Shown: piece after piece, positions 1 to 9,326 of the stretch
How the letters are laid out: every line of letters starts with the position of its first letter
Position numbering within the stretch: the stretch's first letter is position 1
DNA from: Planctomycetota bacterium
Lineage (GTDB): Bacteria > Planctomycetota > UBA11346
Direction of reading: 5' to 3'
Assembly (NCBI GenBank): GCA_038213805.1
Contig: JBBQSO010000004.1
Location: forward strand, 32,001 to 96,000
Length of the DNA stretch: 64,000 bases
Position numbers and translations under genes: made by a program
Notes under the pieces: generated by a model
The model's database searches: none
Seen by the model: only the letters and a program-made list of their open reading frames with translations
Told to the model about the DNA's origin: nothing

Positions 1-348
1 GCCCTGATCAACAACGCCGTCGAAGGCGTGACCAAGGGCTTCAGCAAGAAGCTCGAGATCGTCGGCGTCGGCTACAAAGCGATCATTAAGGGCAAGGTGG
101 TCTCGATGGACGTCGGCTTCGCCAACACCATCGAAGTGGCGATCATCGAAGGCGTGAGCGTGGTCCTGCCCGACGCCACCCACATCGAGGTCAGCGGTCT
201 GGACAAGCAGGCCGTCGGTCAGATGGCCGCGGACATCCGCGCAGCGCGCAAGCCGGAGCACTACAAGGGCAAGGGCGTGCGCTACATCGACGAGGTCGTG
301 CGGCGCAAGGCCGGCAAGGCCACCGCCAGCGCGGGCGCCAAGAAGTAA
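1..348 (+). CDS. rplF: 50S ribosomal protein L6 (5'-truncated by window edge)
   Basis: GFSKKLEIVGVGYKA and KPEHYKGKGVRY L6 signatures; frame open to position 1; precedes rplR. Confidence 0.97.
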   Translation, partial: ALINNAVEGVTKGFSKKLEIVGVGYKAIIKGKVVSMDVGFANTIEVAIIEGVSVVLPDATHIEVSGLDKQAVGQMAADIRAARKPEHYKGKGVRYIDEVVRRKAGKATASAGAKK

Positions 349-405
349 TCCGCGTAACCGACCGATCAGCAACGCCTAGCAACTCCAAGCAACAAGAGCA
401 CGGCC

Positions 406-774
406 ATGGACAAGAACATCTCCAAGTGGAGCGCGATCGCGACCAAGAAGCAGCGCATCCGCAAGAGCGTCTTCGGCACCGCCGAGCGTCCCCGCCTGTC
501 GGTCTACCGCAGCGAGCAGCACTTCTACGGCCAGGTCATCGACGACCTCAAGGGCCACACCCTGCTCGCGGTCAGCACCATCAGCGAGGATCTGCGCGCC
601 AAGGCAGCCGACCTCAAGCCCATCGAAGCCGCCAAGCTGGTCGGCGAGGCCCTGGCCGAGAAGGCCCTGGCCGCCGGCGTCACCCAGGTGGTGTTCGACC
701 GCAATGGCCGGCGCTATGGCGGTCGCCTCGAGGCGTTCGCTGAGGGTGCGCGCGGCAAGGGTCTGCAATTCTAA
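406..774 (+). CDS. rplR: 50S ribosomal protein L18
   Basis: GTAERPRLSVYRS and VVFDRNGRRYGGR motifs; spc operon position. Confidence 0.97.
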   Translation: MDKNISKWSAIATKKQRIRKSVFGTAERPRLSVYRSEQHFYGQVIDDLKGHTLLAVSTISEDLRAKAADLKPIEAAKLVGEALAEKALAAGVTQVVFDRNGRRYGGRLEAFAEGARGKGLQF

Positions 775-865
775 GGCTTGCAAACGTCGTTTCATACGTA
801 AGTTTCTCCCCCCGTTTACAAAAGCGCGGATCCGGACAAGACCGGCCGCTCGAGAAGGATTCATC

Positions 866-1468
866 ATGCCGAGAAAGATGGGTGGCGCTCCTGGCGGTTC
901 CGGTGGCAAGCCGGGCACTCCCGGCGCCGGCGGTGAAGGTGGAGCTCCCGATCGCGGTCAGCGCCGCGGCGGCCAGGGTCCCGCGCAGCCGCGCGAGCCG
1001 CGCTCCAAGCTCTACAGCGAGGACGTCGTCAAGATCAACCGCTGCGCCAAGGTCGTGAAGGGTGGCAAGCGCTTCAGCTTCGCCGCCTTCGTCGTCCTCG
1101 GTGACGGCAAGGGCAAGGTCGGCTTTGGCAAGGGCAAGGCGAAGGAAGTCGCCAGCTCGATCGACAAGGCCGTGCGCGACGGCGAGAAGGACGTCAAGCC
1201 CTTCCCGATCGTCGGCGGCACCATCCCGCACGAGGTCGAGGGCCGCTACGGCTCGGCCAAGGTCCGCCTCATCCCCGCCGCCGACGGCACGGGCGTGATC
1301 GCCGGCCGCAGCGTGCGCGCCGTCCTGCAGAAGGCCGGGGTCCACAACATCCTGACCAAGAGCTACGGCAACCACAACCCGGTCAATCTCATCCGTGCCA
1401 CGCTCGACGCCCTGTCGCGCCTGCGCACCAAGGATCAGTACCAGGCCTTGAGAGGGGTCCAGCTGTGA
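866..1468 (+). CDS. rpsE: 30S ribosomal protein S5 with Gly/Pro-rich N-terminal extension
   Basis: [34 protein letters not shown] at 866 after AAGGA RBS. Confidence 0.96.
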   Translation: MPRKMGGAPGGSGGKPGTPGAGGEGGAPDRGQRRGGQGPAQPREPRSKLYSEDVVKINRCAKVVKGGKRFSFAAFVVLGDGKGKVGFGKGKAKEVASSIDKAVRDGEKDVKPFPIVGGTIPHEVEGRYGSAKVRLIPAADGTGVIAGRSVRAVLQKAGVHNILTKSYGNHNPVNLIRATLDALSRLRTKDQYQALRGVQL

Positions 1469-1920
1469 GCCTCGACGACATCACCCGCACCGAGACCGGT
1501 CGCACCGAGCGCCGGCGCGTCGGCCGCGGCATCGGTTCCGGCCTCGGCAAGACCGGCGGCCGCGGCTACAAGGGCGAAGGCTCGCGCACCGGCGGCAAGA
1601 ACCGCGGTCCGCTCTTCGAAGGCGGCCAGTTCCCCTTCTGGATGCGCCTGCCCAAGCGCGGCTTCAGCAACTTCAACCATACCCAGCGCTACCAGGCCAT
1701 TCCCCTCGATCGCGCTCTCGAGCGCATCCCGGGCGATGAGATCACCCTGGCGACGCTCATCCAGGCTGGCCTCATCCACGAGGGCACCCCGGTCAAGCTG
1801 GTCAGCGGCGGCGAGAAGGCCTCGCGCAAGGTCGCCATCAACGTCAACCGCGTCACCGCCTCGGTGCGCACTGCCGTCGAAGCCGCTGGCGGCTCCGTCA
1901 CCGAACTCGACGCGCGCTGA
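1465..1920 (+). CDS. rplO: 50S ribosomal protein L15
   Basis: RVGRGIGSGLGKTGGRG and FEGGQ...RLPKRGF; GTGA overlap with rpsE. Confidence 0.97.
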   Translation: MSLDDITRTETGRTERRRVGRGIGSGLGKTGGRGYKGEGSRTGGKNRGPLFEGGQFPFWMRLPKRGFSNFNHTQRYQAIPLDRALERIPGDEITLATLIQAGLIHEGTPVKLVSGGEKASRKVAINVNRVTASVRTAVEAAGGSVTELDAR

Positions 1921-1938
1921 TACGGACGACCGACCGGC

Positions 1939-3285
1939 ATGCTCGACAAAGATCTCAACGAGAGCCCAGTCCGCGAGCTGGTCCGGCGTTTCCTCATCAC
2001 CTTCCTGCTCGGGGTCGTGATGTACCGCCTCGGCGTGTTCATCACCATCCCTGGTGTGGACGCGGCGGTGCTGCAGGGCAAGGTCAAGGGCGCCGGCGAC
2101 AACAGCGCGCTCTCGCAGATCATCCATTTCGCCGATATGTTCAACGGCGGCGCGATCATGAACTCGTCGATCTTCGGCCTGGGCATCACGCCGTACATCA
2201 GCGCCAGCATCATCCTGCAGCTCCTGACCTTCAGCATCCCGGCGCTCAAGTCCCTCCAGAAGGAGGGCGAGTCCGGCCGTCGCAAGATCAACCAATACAC
2301 GCGCTACGCGACTCTGCTCATCTGCCTCGTCCAGGCGACCATGGCCGCCGGCGCGCTGGTGCACATCAGCGATAACGGCAACCCGCTGGTGACGATGGAG
2401 AACAAGACCCTGTTCATCGCCCAGGCCGCACTGGTCATCACTACGGGCAGCATGCTGCTGCTGTGGATGTCCGAGCAGATCACCAAGTTCGGCATCGGTA
2501 ACGGCGTCTCGGTGGTGATCATGGTCGGCATCCTGTCGTCGCTGCCCGCTGCGTTCAGCTCGTTCGAGCCGGATCTTCCCCACTATCTCGGGGTGTTCAT
2601 CATCAGCATGGTGATCATCGCCGGCATCGTCGTCGTGGTCCAGGCCGTGCGCCGCATCCATCTCGAGCAGCAGCGCCGCATCCAGGGCAACAAGGTCTAC
2701 GGCGGTGCCCAGACCACCCTGCCGCTCAAGCTCAACCAGGCCAACGTCATCCCGGTGATCTTCGCCTCGCCGATCATGGTCGTGCTGGGCTTCCTCATCG
2801 GCCACCTCGCCAAGGACACCGGCTTCGACAGTCTGTTCGCCTACGGACAGCCGCTCTACCGCTACGTGTTCGCGGCCCTGATCATCGGCTTCACCTACTT
2901 CTACATCTCGATCACCTTCGATCTCTTCGACCTCTCGAACCACTTCAAGCAGTCCGGCTTCTTCATCCGCGGCATCAAGCCCGGCAAGAACACCGTCGAC
3001 TACCTGGCATACCATCTCAAGCGCATCACCTTCATCGGCGCGATCTTCCTCGCCATCATCGCCGTCCTGCCGGAGGTCCTTGAGACCAACCTGGGACTGA
3101 GCGGGCGCGGCGGTCGCTTCCTGATGGGCGGTACCGGATTGCTGATCGTCGTCGGCGTGTCGCTGGATGTGATGCAGAAGGTCGGAGCCTTCTTCCTCGC
3201 CCATCAGTATCGCGGCCTGGGTGGCATCGGTGGCGAAGGCGCAACCGCGCCCGCCAAGAAGAGCACCAGCGGAAAGCGGTTCTGA
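1939..3285 (+). CDS. secY: Preprotein translocase subunit SecY
   Basis: [41 protein letters not shown]; about ten hydrophobic segments. Confidence 0.98.
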   Translation: MLDKDLNESPVRELVRRFLITFLLGVVMYRLGVFITIPGVDAAVLQGKVKGAGDNSALSQIIHFADMFNGGAIMNSSIFGLGITPYISASIILQLLTFSIPALKSLQKEGESGRRKINQYTRYATLLICLVQATMAAGALVHISDNGNPLVTMENKTLFIAQAALVITTGSMLLLWMSEQITKFGIGNGVSVVIMVGILSSLPAAFSSFEPDLPHYLGVFIISMVIIAGIVVVVQAVRRIHLEQQRRIQGNKVYGGAQTTLPLKLNQANVIPVIFASPIMVVLGFLIGHLAKDTGFDSLFAYGQPLYRYVFAALIIGFTYFYISITFDLFDLSNHFKQSGFFIRGIKPGKNTVDYLAYHLKRITFIGAIFLAIIAVLPEVLETNLGLSGRGGRFLMGGTGLLIVVGVSLDVMQKVGAFFLAHQYRGLGGIGGEGATAPAKKSTSGKRF

Positions 3286-3286
3286 C

Positions 3287-3505
3287 ATGGCCAAGGAAGA
3301 TGCGATCCGACTCGAGGCGAGGGTGCGCGAAAGCCTCCCCAACGCCCGCTTCAAGGTGGTGCTGCCCAACGGCCACGAGGTCCTGGCGCACATCAGCGGC
3401 AAGATCCGCATGAACTACATCCGCATCCTGCCGGGCGATACCGTAACCATCGAAATGTCGCCCTACGATCTCACCCGCGGCCGCATCATCTACCGCGAAG
3501 CCTGA
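3287..3505 (+). CDS. infA: Translation initiation factor IF-1
   Basis: MAKEDAI...LPNARFKV...[15 protein letters not shown]...YDLTRGRI. Confidence 0.97.
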   Translation: MAKEDAIRLEARVRESLPNARFKVVLPNGHEVLAHISGKIRMNYIRILPGDTVTIEMSPYDLTRGRIIYREA

Positions 3506-3532
3506 ACCAGAAGCCAGAAGAAGGAATTCGTC

Positions 3533-3646
3533 ATGAAGGTATCCGCCTCCGTGCGCCGCCGCTGCGAGAACTGCAAGATCGTCCGCCGCAAGGGCCGCGT
3601 CCGCATCATCTGCTCCGATCCCAACCACAAGCAGCGCCAGGGCTGA
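3533..3646 (+). CDS. rpmJ: 50S ribosomal protein L36 (zinc-ribbon form); not in ORF track
   Basis: Hand translation [45 protein letters not shown] upstream. Confidence 0.97.
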   Translation: MKVSASVRRRCENCKIVRRKGRVRIICSDPNHKQRQG

Positions 3647-3683
3647 GCGGTTCGCCGGACCAGCACTTTTCAAAGGTAAACCC

Positions 3684-4061
3684 ATGCCTCGTATCCTCGG
3701 CGTCGACATCCCCAACAACAAGAAGGTGCCCTACTCGCTGGCGGCCCTGTTCGGCATCGGCCTGGTCCGGGCGAACGTCATCTGCGAGAAGACCGGCGTC
3801 GACGTGCACAAGCGCGCCTACCAGCTCAGCGAAGAGGAGCTCGGCGCCATCACGGGGTTCATCGAGTCGAACTACGTGATCGAGGGCAACCTGCGCCGCG
3901 AGATCCAGGCGAACGTCGCTCGCTTCAAGGAGATCGGCTGCTACCGCGGCTATCGCCACGCGCGCAACCTGCCCTGCCGCGGCCAGCGCACGCGTACCAA
4001 CTCGCGCACCCGCAAGGGCAAGAAGAAGACGGTCGCGAACAAGAAGATCCTGCGCAAGTAA
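3684..4061 (+). CDS. rpsM: 30S ribosomal protein S13
   Basis: MPRILGVDIP and RGQRTRTNSRTRKG. Confidence 0.97.
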   Translation: MPRILGVDIPNNKKVPYSLAALFGIGLVRANVICEKTGVDVHKRAYQLSEEELGAITGFIESNYVIEGNLRREIQANVARFKEIGCYRGYRHARNLPCRGQRTRTNSRTRKGKKKTVANKKILRK

Positions 4062-4112
4062 GCGCCGGACCGCGCCCGCTCCGCCAACCCGCCCCAGCCC
4101 AACGAGAACCCA

Positions 4113-4490
4113 ATGGCCTACAATAAGAAAAAAGTGAAGAAGTCGCTGCGCGCTGGTGTGGTGCACATCAACAGCACCTTCAACAACACCATCGTCACCG
4201 TCACCGACCAGAACGGTGAAGTGGCGGCGTGGGAGTCGGCCGGCTCGATCGGCTACAAGGGCAGCAAGAAGAGCACGCCCTTCGCCGCGCAGCTCGCCAT
4301 GGAGCGCGCCGGCGAGAAGGCCGCCAAGCTCGGCCTCAAGGAGGTCGAGGTGCGCGTGCGTGGTCCCGGCTCCGGCCGCGAGAGCGCCATCCGCGCCCTG
4401 ATCAACTCGGGCATCATCGTCAAGGCGATCACCGACGTGACCCCGCTGCCGCACAACGGCTGCCGTCCCCGGAAGAAGCGCCGCGTTTGA
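4113..4490 (+). CDS. rpsK: 30S ribosomal protein S11
   Basis: [29 protein letters not shown]. Confidence 0.98.
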   Translation: MAYNKKKVKKSLRAGVVHINSTFNNTIVTVTDQNGEVAAWESAGSIGYKGSKKSTPFAAQLAMERAGEKAAKLGLKEVEVRVRGPGSGRESAIRALINSGIIVKAITDVTPLPHNGCRPRKKRRV

Positions 4491-4618
4491 ACCTTCCCGG
4501 AAGCCGCCGCGAATGGGCCTAGAGCGCCCACCCTCCGGATCGGTTTCTGCAGGGTGCGCCTGAACCAGGCGCACCGGCCTCGGTTATCACCACAGACGGT
4601 TTTTCCCCGGAGATCCTC

Positions 4619-5611
4619 ATGCGTATTCGCTGGCGCGGCTTCGAACTCCCCACCCGTGTCGAGAAGAGCGATGGCTCGGGCCTGGCGAACTACGCCAAGT
4701 TCCACGCCGAGCCCTTCGAGCGCGGCTTCGCCACGACCATCGGCAACAGCCTGCGCCGCGTGCTGCTCTCCAGCATCCAGGGCGCCGCTGTGCGCTCGCT
4801 GCGCCTGCAGGGCGCCAACAACGAGTTCACCTCGCTGGACGGCGTGTTCGAGGACGTGACCACCATCATCCTCAACATCAAGCGCCTGCGTCTGCGCCTG
4901 CACAGCGACGAGAACGTCGTGATCCGCCTCGAGAAGAGCACCGCGGGCCCCGTGACCGCGGGCGACATCACGCCCCACCAGGACGTCGAGGTCATCAACC
5001 CCGAGCTGGTGATTGCGACCCTGACCAAGGACGTGCGCTTCGTGCTCGAGCTCGATGTCGGCAGCGGCCGCGGCTTCGTGCCCGCGGAGTCGCAGCGGAT
5101 CGAAGGCTCGCCGGTTGGCACCATCGCCATCGACTCGATCTATTCCCCGGTGCAGCGCGTGGCCTTTGCGGTCGCGTCGACGCGCCTGGGCAAGCGCACC
5201 GACTTCGATGCGCTCGACCTCGAGGTCTGGACCGACGGCTCCATCACCCCGGAGCTGGCCCTGGTCGAGGCGACCAACATCCTGCGCAAGCACCTCAACC
5301 CATTCGTGAAGTACTTCGAGCTCGGTCGCGAGACCGAGGGCGCCGGCGCCAGCGACCTGGTGATCGAAGGCGATGGCGAGCGCACTGCGCTGCTCAGCCG
5401 CCAGATCAACGCCCTGGACCTCTCGGTTCGCACCGAGAACGCCCTGCGCGCGGCCAACATCAAGCTCATCGCCGACCTGGTGGTGATGGACGAGGCGGAG
5501 GTCGCGGCCATCCGCAATCTCGGCAAGATCGCCTCCAAGGAACTGAAGAAGAAGCTCGCCGACCGCGGCCTCTCCTTTGGCATGCGCCTCGGCACCAAAG
5601 CCGAGGTTTGA
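4619..5611 (+). CDS. rpoA: RNA polymerase alpha subunit
   Basis: EPFERGFATTIGNSLRRVLLSS; alpha-CTD LSVRTENAL; between rpsK and rplQ. Confidence 0.98.
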   Translation: MRIRWRGFELPTRVEKSDGSGLANYAKFHAEPFERGFATTIGNSLRRVLLSSIQGAAVRSLRLQGANNEFTSLDGVFEDVTTIILNIKRLRLRLHSDENVVIRLEKSTAGPVTAGDITPHQDVEVINPELVIATLTKDVRFVLELDVGSGRGFVPAESQRIEGSPVGTIAIDSIYSPVQRVAFAVASTRLGKRTDFDALDLEVWTDGSITPELALVEATNILRKHLNPFVKYFELGRETEGAGASDLVIEGDGERTALLSRQINALDLSVRTENALRAANIKLIADLVVMDEAEVAAIRNLGKIASKELKKKLADRGLSFGMRLGTKAEV

Positions 5612-5641
5612 CCGCCTTCTGACCTATACTGGAATGACGTC

Positions 5642-6016
5642 ATGAGACACAAAGTCGACCACCGCAAGCTCGGCCGCACCTCCGAACACCGCCTCGCGCT
5701 GATGCGCAACATGGTGTCGTCGCTCTTCGAGCACGGCCGCATCACCACCACCGTGCCCAAGGCCAAAGAGGCCCGGCGCTTCGCGGAGAAGGTGATCACC
5801 ATCGGGAAGAAAGCCTTGGCTGCCACCGATCCGGCGCAGGCCCTGCATTTCCGCCGCCAGGCGCTGAGCGCGCTGCACAGTCGCGATGCGGTCAAGCGCC
5901 TCATCGAGAAGGTCGCACCGACCTACAAGGAGCGCGCGGGTGGCTATACCCGCGTACTGCGCGCGGGCTTCCGCCTGGGCGACAACGGCGCGATCGCGAT
6001 CTTCGAACTCGTCTGA
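5642..6016 (+). CDS. rplQ: 50S ribosomal protein L17
   Basis: MRH...KLGRTSEHR, ITTTVPKAKE, GGYTRV. Confidence 0.98.
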   Translation: MRHKVDHRKLGRTSEHRLALMRNMVSSLFEHGRITTTVPKAKEARRFAEKVITIGKKALAATDPAQALHFRRQALSALHSRDAVKRLIEKVAPTYKERAGGYTRVLRAGFRLGDNGAIAIFELV

Positions 6017-6037
6017 GTCCGCTGCCTCGGCAGGTCG

Positions 6038-6065
6038 AACCGGGTCCCTCTGGGGCCCGGTTTTT
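6038..6065 (+). terminator. Intrinsic terminator of the ribosomal operon
   Basis: AACCGGGTCCC-TCT-GGGGCCCGGTT hairpin running into a T tract. Confidence 0.8.
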
Positions 6066-6351
6066 CCGTGTCCAGCCACGCGCTACTCCAGTGCCCCGCT
6101 GCCGGAGGGTGCAGCGGCAATGTCGACGCCAATGAGGCAACTCCGGGCTCCATGTCGCTCTCCTGACAGCGCTTCCATACGCATGAGGCATGCGTGGGTG
6201 GACTGTTGGCAGAATAAGCAGGGATAATCCCTGATTTCACTCTAAATTCATGCATTCGCCAAAGGCACGCCGGCCGCCAGGCCCGCCTTGACCGACCGCA
6301 CGCGGGGCGATGATCCCCGTCCCGTTTCACCACCATCCCCTGGATTCCGCC

Positions 6352-7476
6352 ATGCCGCTGATCCCCCTGCGCCCGCTCCTCGACCATGCCGCCGCCAACA
6401 ACTACGGCGTGGTCGCGCTGAACGTCAACAACATGGAGCAGATCCAGTCGATCATGGAAGGCGCTCGCGCCACCAAGTCGCCGGTCATCATCCAGGCCAG
6501 CCGCGGCGCGCGCAAGTACACCAACGATGTGTTCCTGCAGAAGCTCATGCAGGCGGCCGTCGAGCTCTACCCCGAGATCCCGGTGGTGATGCACCAGGAC
6601 CACGGCAACGCCCCCGACACCTGCATCAGCGCCATCCGCATGGGTTTCACCAGCGTGATGATGGACGGCTCGCTCGAGGAGGACGGCAAGACCCCGGCGA
6701 GCTACGAGTACAACGTCGCGGTCACCCGCGAGGTGGTGAACATCGCCCACTCCTTCGGCGTCTCGGTCGAGGGTGAACTCGGCGTGCTGGGTTCGCTCGA
6801 GCACGGCGAAGGCGAAAAGGAGGACGGCCACGGCGCCGAGGGCAAGCTGACCCTCGACCAGCTGCTCACCGATCCCGACCAGGCCGTCGACTTCGTCGCG
6901 CGCACTGGCATCGACGCCCTGGCGGTCGCCATGGGCACCAGCCACGGCGCCTACAAGTTCTCGAAGAAGCCCACCGGCGACGTCCTCGCCATGAAGCGCA
7001 TCGAGGAGATCCACGCCAAGATACCCAACTGCCACCTGGTCATGCACGGCTCCAGCTCGGTGCCCAAGAACCTGATCGATGAGATCAACAAGTACGGCGG
7101 CAAGATCAAGGAGACCTACGGCGTGCCGGTCGAGGAGATCCAGCGCGGCATCAAGGCCGGCGTGCGCAAGATCAACGTCGACACCGACAACCGCCTCGCC
7201 ATCACCGCCTCGATCCGCAAGTCGTTCATGGCCAAGCCCGAGGAATTCGATCCGCGCTACTACCTGACCCCGGCGCGCGCCGCCATGCAGGTCATCGTCG
7301 AGGAGCGCATGCGCCAGTTCGGCCAGGCCGGACACGCCCCGGGTGTGGCCATCATCACCCTCGCCAAGATGGCTGCCGATTACGCGGCCGGCAAGTACGG
7401 CGAGAGCGCCAAGCCCGATGCCCCCCATGTGGCCCACAAGGGCAAGGGCAGCGGCAAGTCGGCGATGGCGCACTGA
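6352..7476 (+). CDS. fba: Fructose-bisphosphate aldolase class II
   Basis: [41 protein letters not shown]. Confidence 0.95.
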   Translation: MPLIPLRPLLDHAAANNYGVVALNVNNMEQIQSIMEGARATKSPVIIQASRGARKYTNDVFLQKLMQAAVELYPEIPVVMHQDHGNAPDTCISAIRMGFTSVMMDGSLEEDGKTPASYEYNVAVTREVVNIAHSFGVSVEGELGVLGSLEHGEGEKEDGHGAEGKLTLDQLLTDPDQAVDFVARTGIDALAVAMGTSHGAYKFSKKPTGDVLAMKRIEEIHAKIPNCHLVMHGSSSVPKNLIDEINKYGGKIKETYGVPVEEIQRGIKAGVRKINVDTDNRLAITASIRKSFMAKPEEFDPRYYLTPARAAMQVIVEERMRQFGQAGHAPGVAIITLAKMAADYAAGKYGESAKPDAPHVAHKGKGSGKSAMAH

Positions 7477-7500
7477 ACGCGGCCCCATCCCGGTGATCGC

Positions 7501-7540
7501 GCGAACCCGTCCGGTCCTCCGGGCGGGTTTGCTGTTTTCT
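7501..7540 (+). terminator. Intrinsic terminator after fba
   Basis: GCGAACCCGTCCGG-TCCT-CCGGGCGGGTTTGC then TGTTTTCT. Confidence 0.7.
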
Positions 7541-7766
7541 GGGCGCGGGTGTGCCGACTTTAGATGGAACAGCAAGTGCGCGGAGGCGTGGAGTTCCGAT
7601 CCAGTGGGCTGTCTGCGTGCTCGGTCTCATCGCCCCGCTTCGCGCCTTCACGTTCTCGAGTTCCGCCGGCGGGGAACGCTGATTCGATGAGGCCGCGCGC
7701 AATGCGCACCAATGCAGCAATTACCGGCCATTTACAGGGCAAAAGCCCGCGCGCACAGTGCGCGTC

Positions 7767-9092
7767 ATGTCCAATGAGCTGACTGCGGCCGATCTCGTCA
7801 TTTCTGACCTCGGCGTCTGCAAGGTCCCATCACCTGTCGCCACCCTGCTCGGTGAACGCGCCATGCACTTCGTCGGCGAGGCTGACAAGGTATTGCTCGA
7901 CGACCGGTTGTCGTCCCTCGGCACCCACCATGGACTGATCGCGCAGATGCCGGCCTTCGAGCTGGCGGGGCCGCGCAACCGCATCTTCTGGGAGCCGTCC
8001 GCGGTGAAGGCCGGCATCGTCACGTGTGGTGGGCTGTGCCCAGGGCTCAACAACGTGGTGCGCGGCATCGTGCTCGAGCTGTGGCACAGCTACGGAGTGC
8101 GCTCGATCGTCGGTTTCCGTTACGGTTACGAGGGTCTGGTGCCGCGCTTCGGCCACGAGCCGATGGTCCTCGACCCGCGCAGCGTCAGCCGCATCCACCA
8201 CCAGGGCGGCACGGTGCTGGGCTCGTCGCGCGGGAAACAGGAGGCGGTCGAGACCGTCGACTACCTCGAGAAGCTTGGCATCAACCAGCTCTATGTGGTC
8301 GGCGGCGACGGCACCATCCGCGGCGCCATGGCGATCGTCGAGGAGGCCAGGACGCGCAAGCTCAAGCTCGGCGTGATCGGCGTGCCCAAGACCATCGACA
8401 ACGACATCCAGTTCATCGACCGCAGCTTCGGCTTCGAAACCGCGTTCACCGAGGCGGTGACGGTGATCAAGAGCGCCAACGTCGAGGCCAACGGCGCGCG
8501 CGGCGGCGTCGGCCTGGTCAAGCTGATGGGCCGCCATTCCGGCTTCATCGCCTGTCACGCGGCGTTGGCCTCGACCGACGTGAACATCGTGCTCATCCCC
8601 GAGGTGCCGGTGGCGCTCGCGGGCGAGAAGGGCCTGCTCGCCTATCTCGAGAAGCGTATCGAGCGCTGCGGCCACGCGGTGATCGTGGTCGCCGAGGGCG
8701 CCGGCCAGGCGCTGCTCGCCGGCGGCGACGGGGCGCGCGACGCGAGCGGCAACCTCAAGCTCCAGGACGTCGGCACGTGGTTGCGCGATACCATCATCGG
8801 CCACTTCAAGGCGCGCAAGATCGAGCTCAACCTCAAGTACCTCGATCCCAGCTACCACATCCGCAGCGTACCGGCCTCGCCCTCGGACAGCGTGTTCTGC
8901 TGGAATCTGGCGCGAAACTCGGTGCACGCGGCGATGGCCGGCAACACCGCGATGCTCATCGGCCGCTGGCACGGCCGCTTCGTGCACGTGCCGATGGCCG
9001 TGGCGACGCGCCAGCGCAAGGAGGTCGACCCCACCGGCGACCTGTGGATGTCGGTGATCGAGGGGACGGGGCAGCCGAAGGCGTTTGCCTGA
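7767..9092 (+). CDS. pfkA: 6-phosphofructokinase, PfkA family, probably ATP-dependent long (group X-like) type
   Basis: TCGGLCPGLN, GGTVLGSSRG, GGDGT, PKTIDND, MGRHSG. Confidence 0.92.
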   Translation: MSNELTAADLVISDLGVCKVPSPVATLLGERAMHFVGEADKVLLDDRLSSLGTHHGLIAQMPAFELAGPRNRIFWEPSAVKAGIVTCGGLCPGLNNVVRGIVLELWHSYGVRSIVGFRYGYEGLVPRFGHEPMVLDPRSVSRIHHQGGTVLGSSRGKQEAVETVDYLEKLGINQLYVVGGDGTIRGAMAIVEEARTRKLKLGVIGVPKTIDNDIQFIDRSFGFETAFTEAVTVIKSANVEANGARGGVGLVKLMGRHSGFIACHAALASTDVNIVLIPEVPVALAGEKGLLAYLEKRIERCGHAVIVVAEGAGQALLAGGDGARDASGNLKLQDVGTWLRDTIIGHFKARKIELNLKYLDPSYHIRSVPASPSDSVFCWNLARNSVHAAMAGNTAMLIGRWHGRFVHVPMAVATRQRKEVDPTGDLWMSVIEGTGQPKAFA

Positions 9093-9100
9093 GCTGGAGA

Positions 9101-9145
9101 GGCTGATGGCTGATAGCTGATAGCTGATGGCTGATAGCTGATGGC
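9101..9145 (+). repeat. Heptamer tandem array (RGCTGAT)x6, left arm
   Basis: ggctgat ggctgat agctgat agctgat ggctgat agctgat ggc read directly. Confidence 0.95.
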
Positions 9146-9216
9146 GCTGACGCTGACGCCCGTCATGTGCCCCAACCGGTGAAGAGTGTCATTTGACAGT
9201 GGGTCCAAGACGCCTC

Positions 9217-9279
9217 GCCATCAGCCATCAGCCATCAGCCATCAGCCATCAGCCATCAGCCATCAGCCATCAGCCATCA
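9217..9279 (+). repeat. Heptamer tandem array (GCCATCA)x9, right arm; reverse complement of the left array
   Basis: Nine perfect copies counted directly. Confidence 0.95.
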
Positions 9280-9326
9280 GGCTCCTGGCCTTGCGCCCCG
9301 CCCGCCCCCCATAGCGTGTCCCGCCC

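Noticed and set aside
1435..3411. Long antisense or alternate-frame ORFs (also 5944-7575, 10674-12707, 22734-24911, 35199-37025)
   Set aside because: They overlap clearly identified genes and have the Ala/Arg/Gly-rich composition expected from strong GC3 bias
9101..9280. Possible CRISPR array
   Set aside because: 7-nt tandem units with no spacers, and no cas genes in the window
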